Of a DNA stretch of 36,949 nt, positions 36,229 through 36,949 are shown piece by piece. Made by a program: the position numbers and the translations under genes. Each line of letters starts with the position of its first letter. Position 1 is the stretch's first letter. This DNA comes from an uncultured virus (IMG/VR IMGVR_UViG_3300032257_000003). Taxonomy: Duplodnaviria > Heunggongvirae > Uroviricota > Caudoviricetes. Where the stretch lies: the IMG/VR virus record IMGVR_UViG_3300032257_000003. The stretch is one strand, 5' to 3'. The notes under the pieces are model-generated. The model worked only from the letters and a program-made list of their open reading frames with translations, ran no database searches and was not told where the DNA came from.

Positions 36229-36507
36229 ATGTTAAATAAAAAAGCAATAAGGAAACTTGTTTTAGAAGGCCGTAGCGACGAGGTAAGAGATTTGCTTTTG
36301 TGTGACTCACAAATAGTTATTATTCAGAACATAAAGCAATCTGGAATAATTACAGCAGCACAATTAGCTGATGATTTATGTATTAGCGTTCAAAACGCAT
36401 CATCGAAGCTTACTAAATTATCAAAGTCTGGGTATTTAACACGTAAATCAAGAACAGCTGAGAGTGGCGGTATTGAGTTTATTTACTGGTACGGGGCAGA
36501 GGTATGA
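36229..36507 (+). CDS. Winged-helix (MarR-like) DNA-binding protein
   Basis: ITAAQLADDL..SVQNASSKL..L..SGYLTR. Confidence 0.7.
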   Translation: MLNKKAIRKLVLEGRSDEVRDLLLCDSQIVIIQNIKQSGIITAAQLADDLCISVQNASSKLTKLSKSGYLTRKSRTAESGGIEFIYWYGAEV

Positions 36508-36851
36508 AGACTATAACTAAAAAACCATGCACATCATGTATCCACTCTCGCAAAATTGGCTATACGTATTATTGCCATAGAGCGGCGTATATTGAAACCA
36601 GTCATGTAACAAATCATTCCTATACTGCAAATGTAATTGATTGCTATATCGAGAGATACAAAGGGTGCAAAGGTAAATACTTTAAAGGCAATATTAAATA
36701 CAGATTTATTATGTGGATTTACAATAAACTCACACATAAAACCTGCAAAACCTGCGGCTACAGAAACAAAATAAACGGTCACTGTACATTAAACCAGTTA
36801 AGTAAAAAGGTTGATGATGATTTTAGCTGTAATGAATATAAGGAGAGATAG
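36504..36851 (+). CDS. Cys-rich hypothetical protein
   Basis: Two CxxC...C...C clusters; ATGA coupling. Confidence 0.6.
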   Translation: MKTITKKPCTSCIHSRKIGYTYYCHRAAYIETSHVTNHSYTANVIDCYIERYKGCKGKYFKGNIKYRFIMWIYNKLTHKTCKTCGYRNKINGHCTLNQLSKKVDDDFSCNEYKER

Positions 36852-36949
36852 ATGGCTTGCAAATGTATAAATATGTGCGGTTATGGTGACGATAGCTGGG
36901 GCAAGCATCACCATGTTAAATGCGAAAAGTATGAAACAGAAAAGCACTC
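36851..36949 (+). CDS. Partial hypothetical protein, runs off the window
   Basis: AAGGAG SD; MACKCINMCG... has no stop in the window. Confidence 0.5.

Larger units (their letters stand above)
1..36949 (+). mobile_element. Temperate tailed phage (siphovirus-type), partial genome, probably non-integrated form
   Basis: Packaging, head, lysis, tail, immunity and early modules are all present; no host housekeeping genes; phage genes lie on both sides of the integrase. Confidence 0.95.

Noticed and set aside
1..36949. Mu-like transposable phage
   Set aside because: Mor, MuF, I-protease and Com-like genes are present, but there is no DDE transposase or MuB, and an integrase is present
36851..36949. 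Terminal repeat or circular overlap with the window start
   Set aside because: No match to positions 1-100 is visible and the last ORF is truncated

Overview
This window is a ~37 kb segment of a temperate siphovirus-type phage of a Gram-negative host (it has spanins and lipoproteins). It appears to be the excised or free form, and the genome is incomplete: the last ORF is cut off and no replication initiator is visible. Gene order on +: Mor/C-like late activator, large serine recombinase, terminase small and large subunits, portal, MuF head protein with a C-terminal JAB domain, two small ORFs missing from the ORF track, a two-gene beta-helix/deacetylase cassette, a protease-scaffold-capsid polyprotein, lysis genes, neck genes and a lambda-like tail. 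After the tail come an accessory slot and the repressor on -, then a rightward early operon (Arc-like, antirepressor-like, CII-like, a short tyrosine recombinase and many small ORFs). Most notable observations: (1) a candidate attP with a tRNA-Asn-like core inside the integrase 3' end, so integration would swap off a ClpX-tag-like tail; (2) a MuF-JAB effector with a candidate immunity gene; (3) a CapRel-like antitoxin remnant in frame behind the repressor stop; (4) a three-copy late promoter motif, two copies of which bracket the enzyme cassette; (5) structured intergenic RNAs. All family assignments come from motif recognition by eye; no searches were run.
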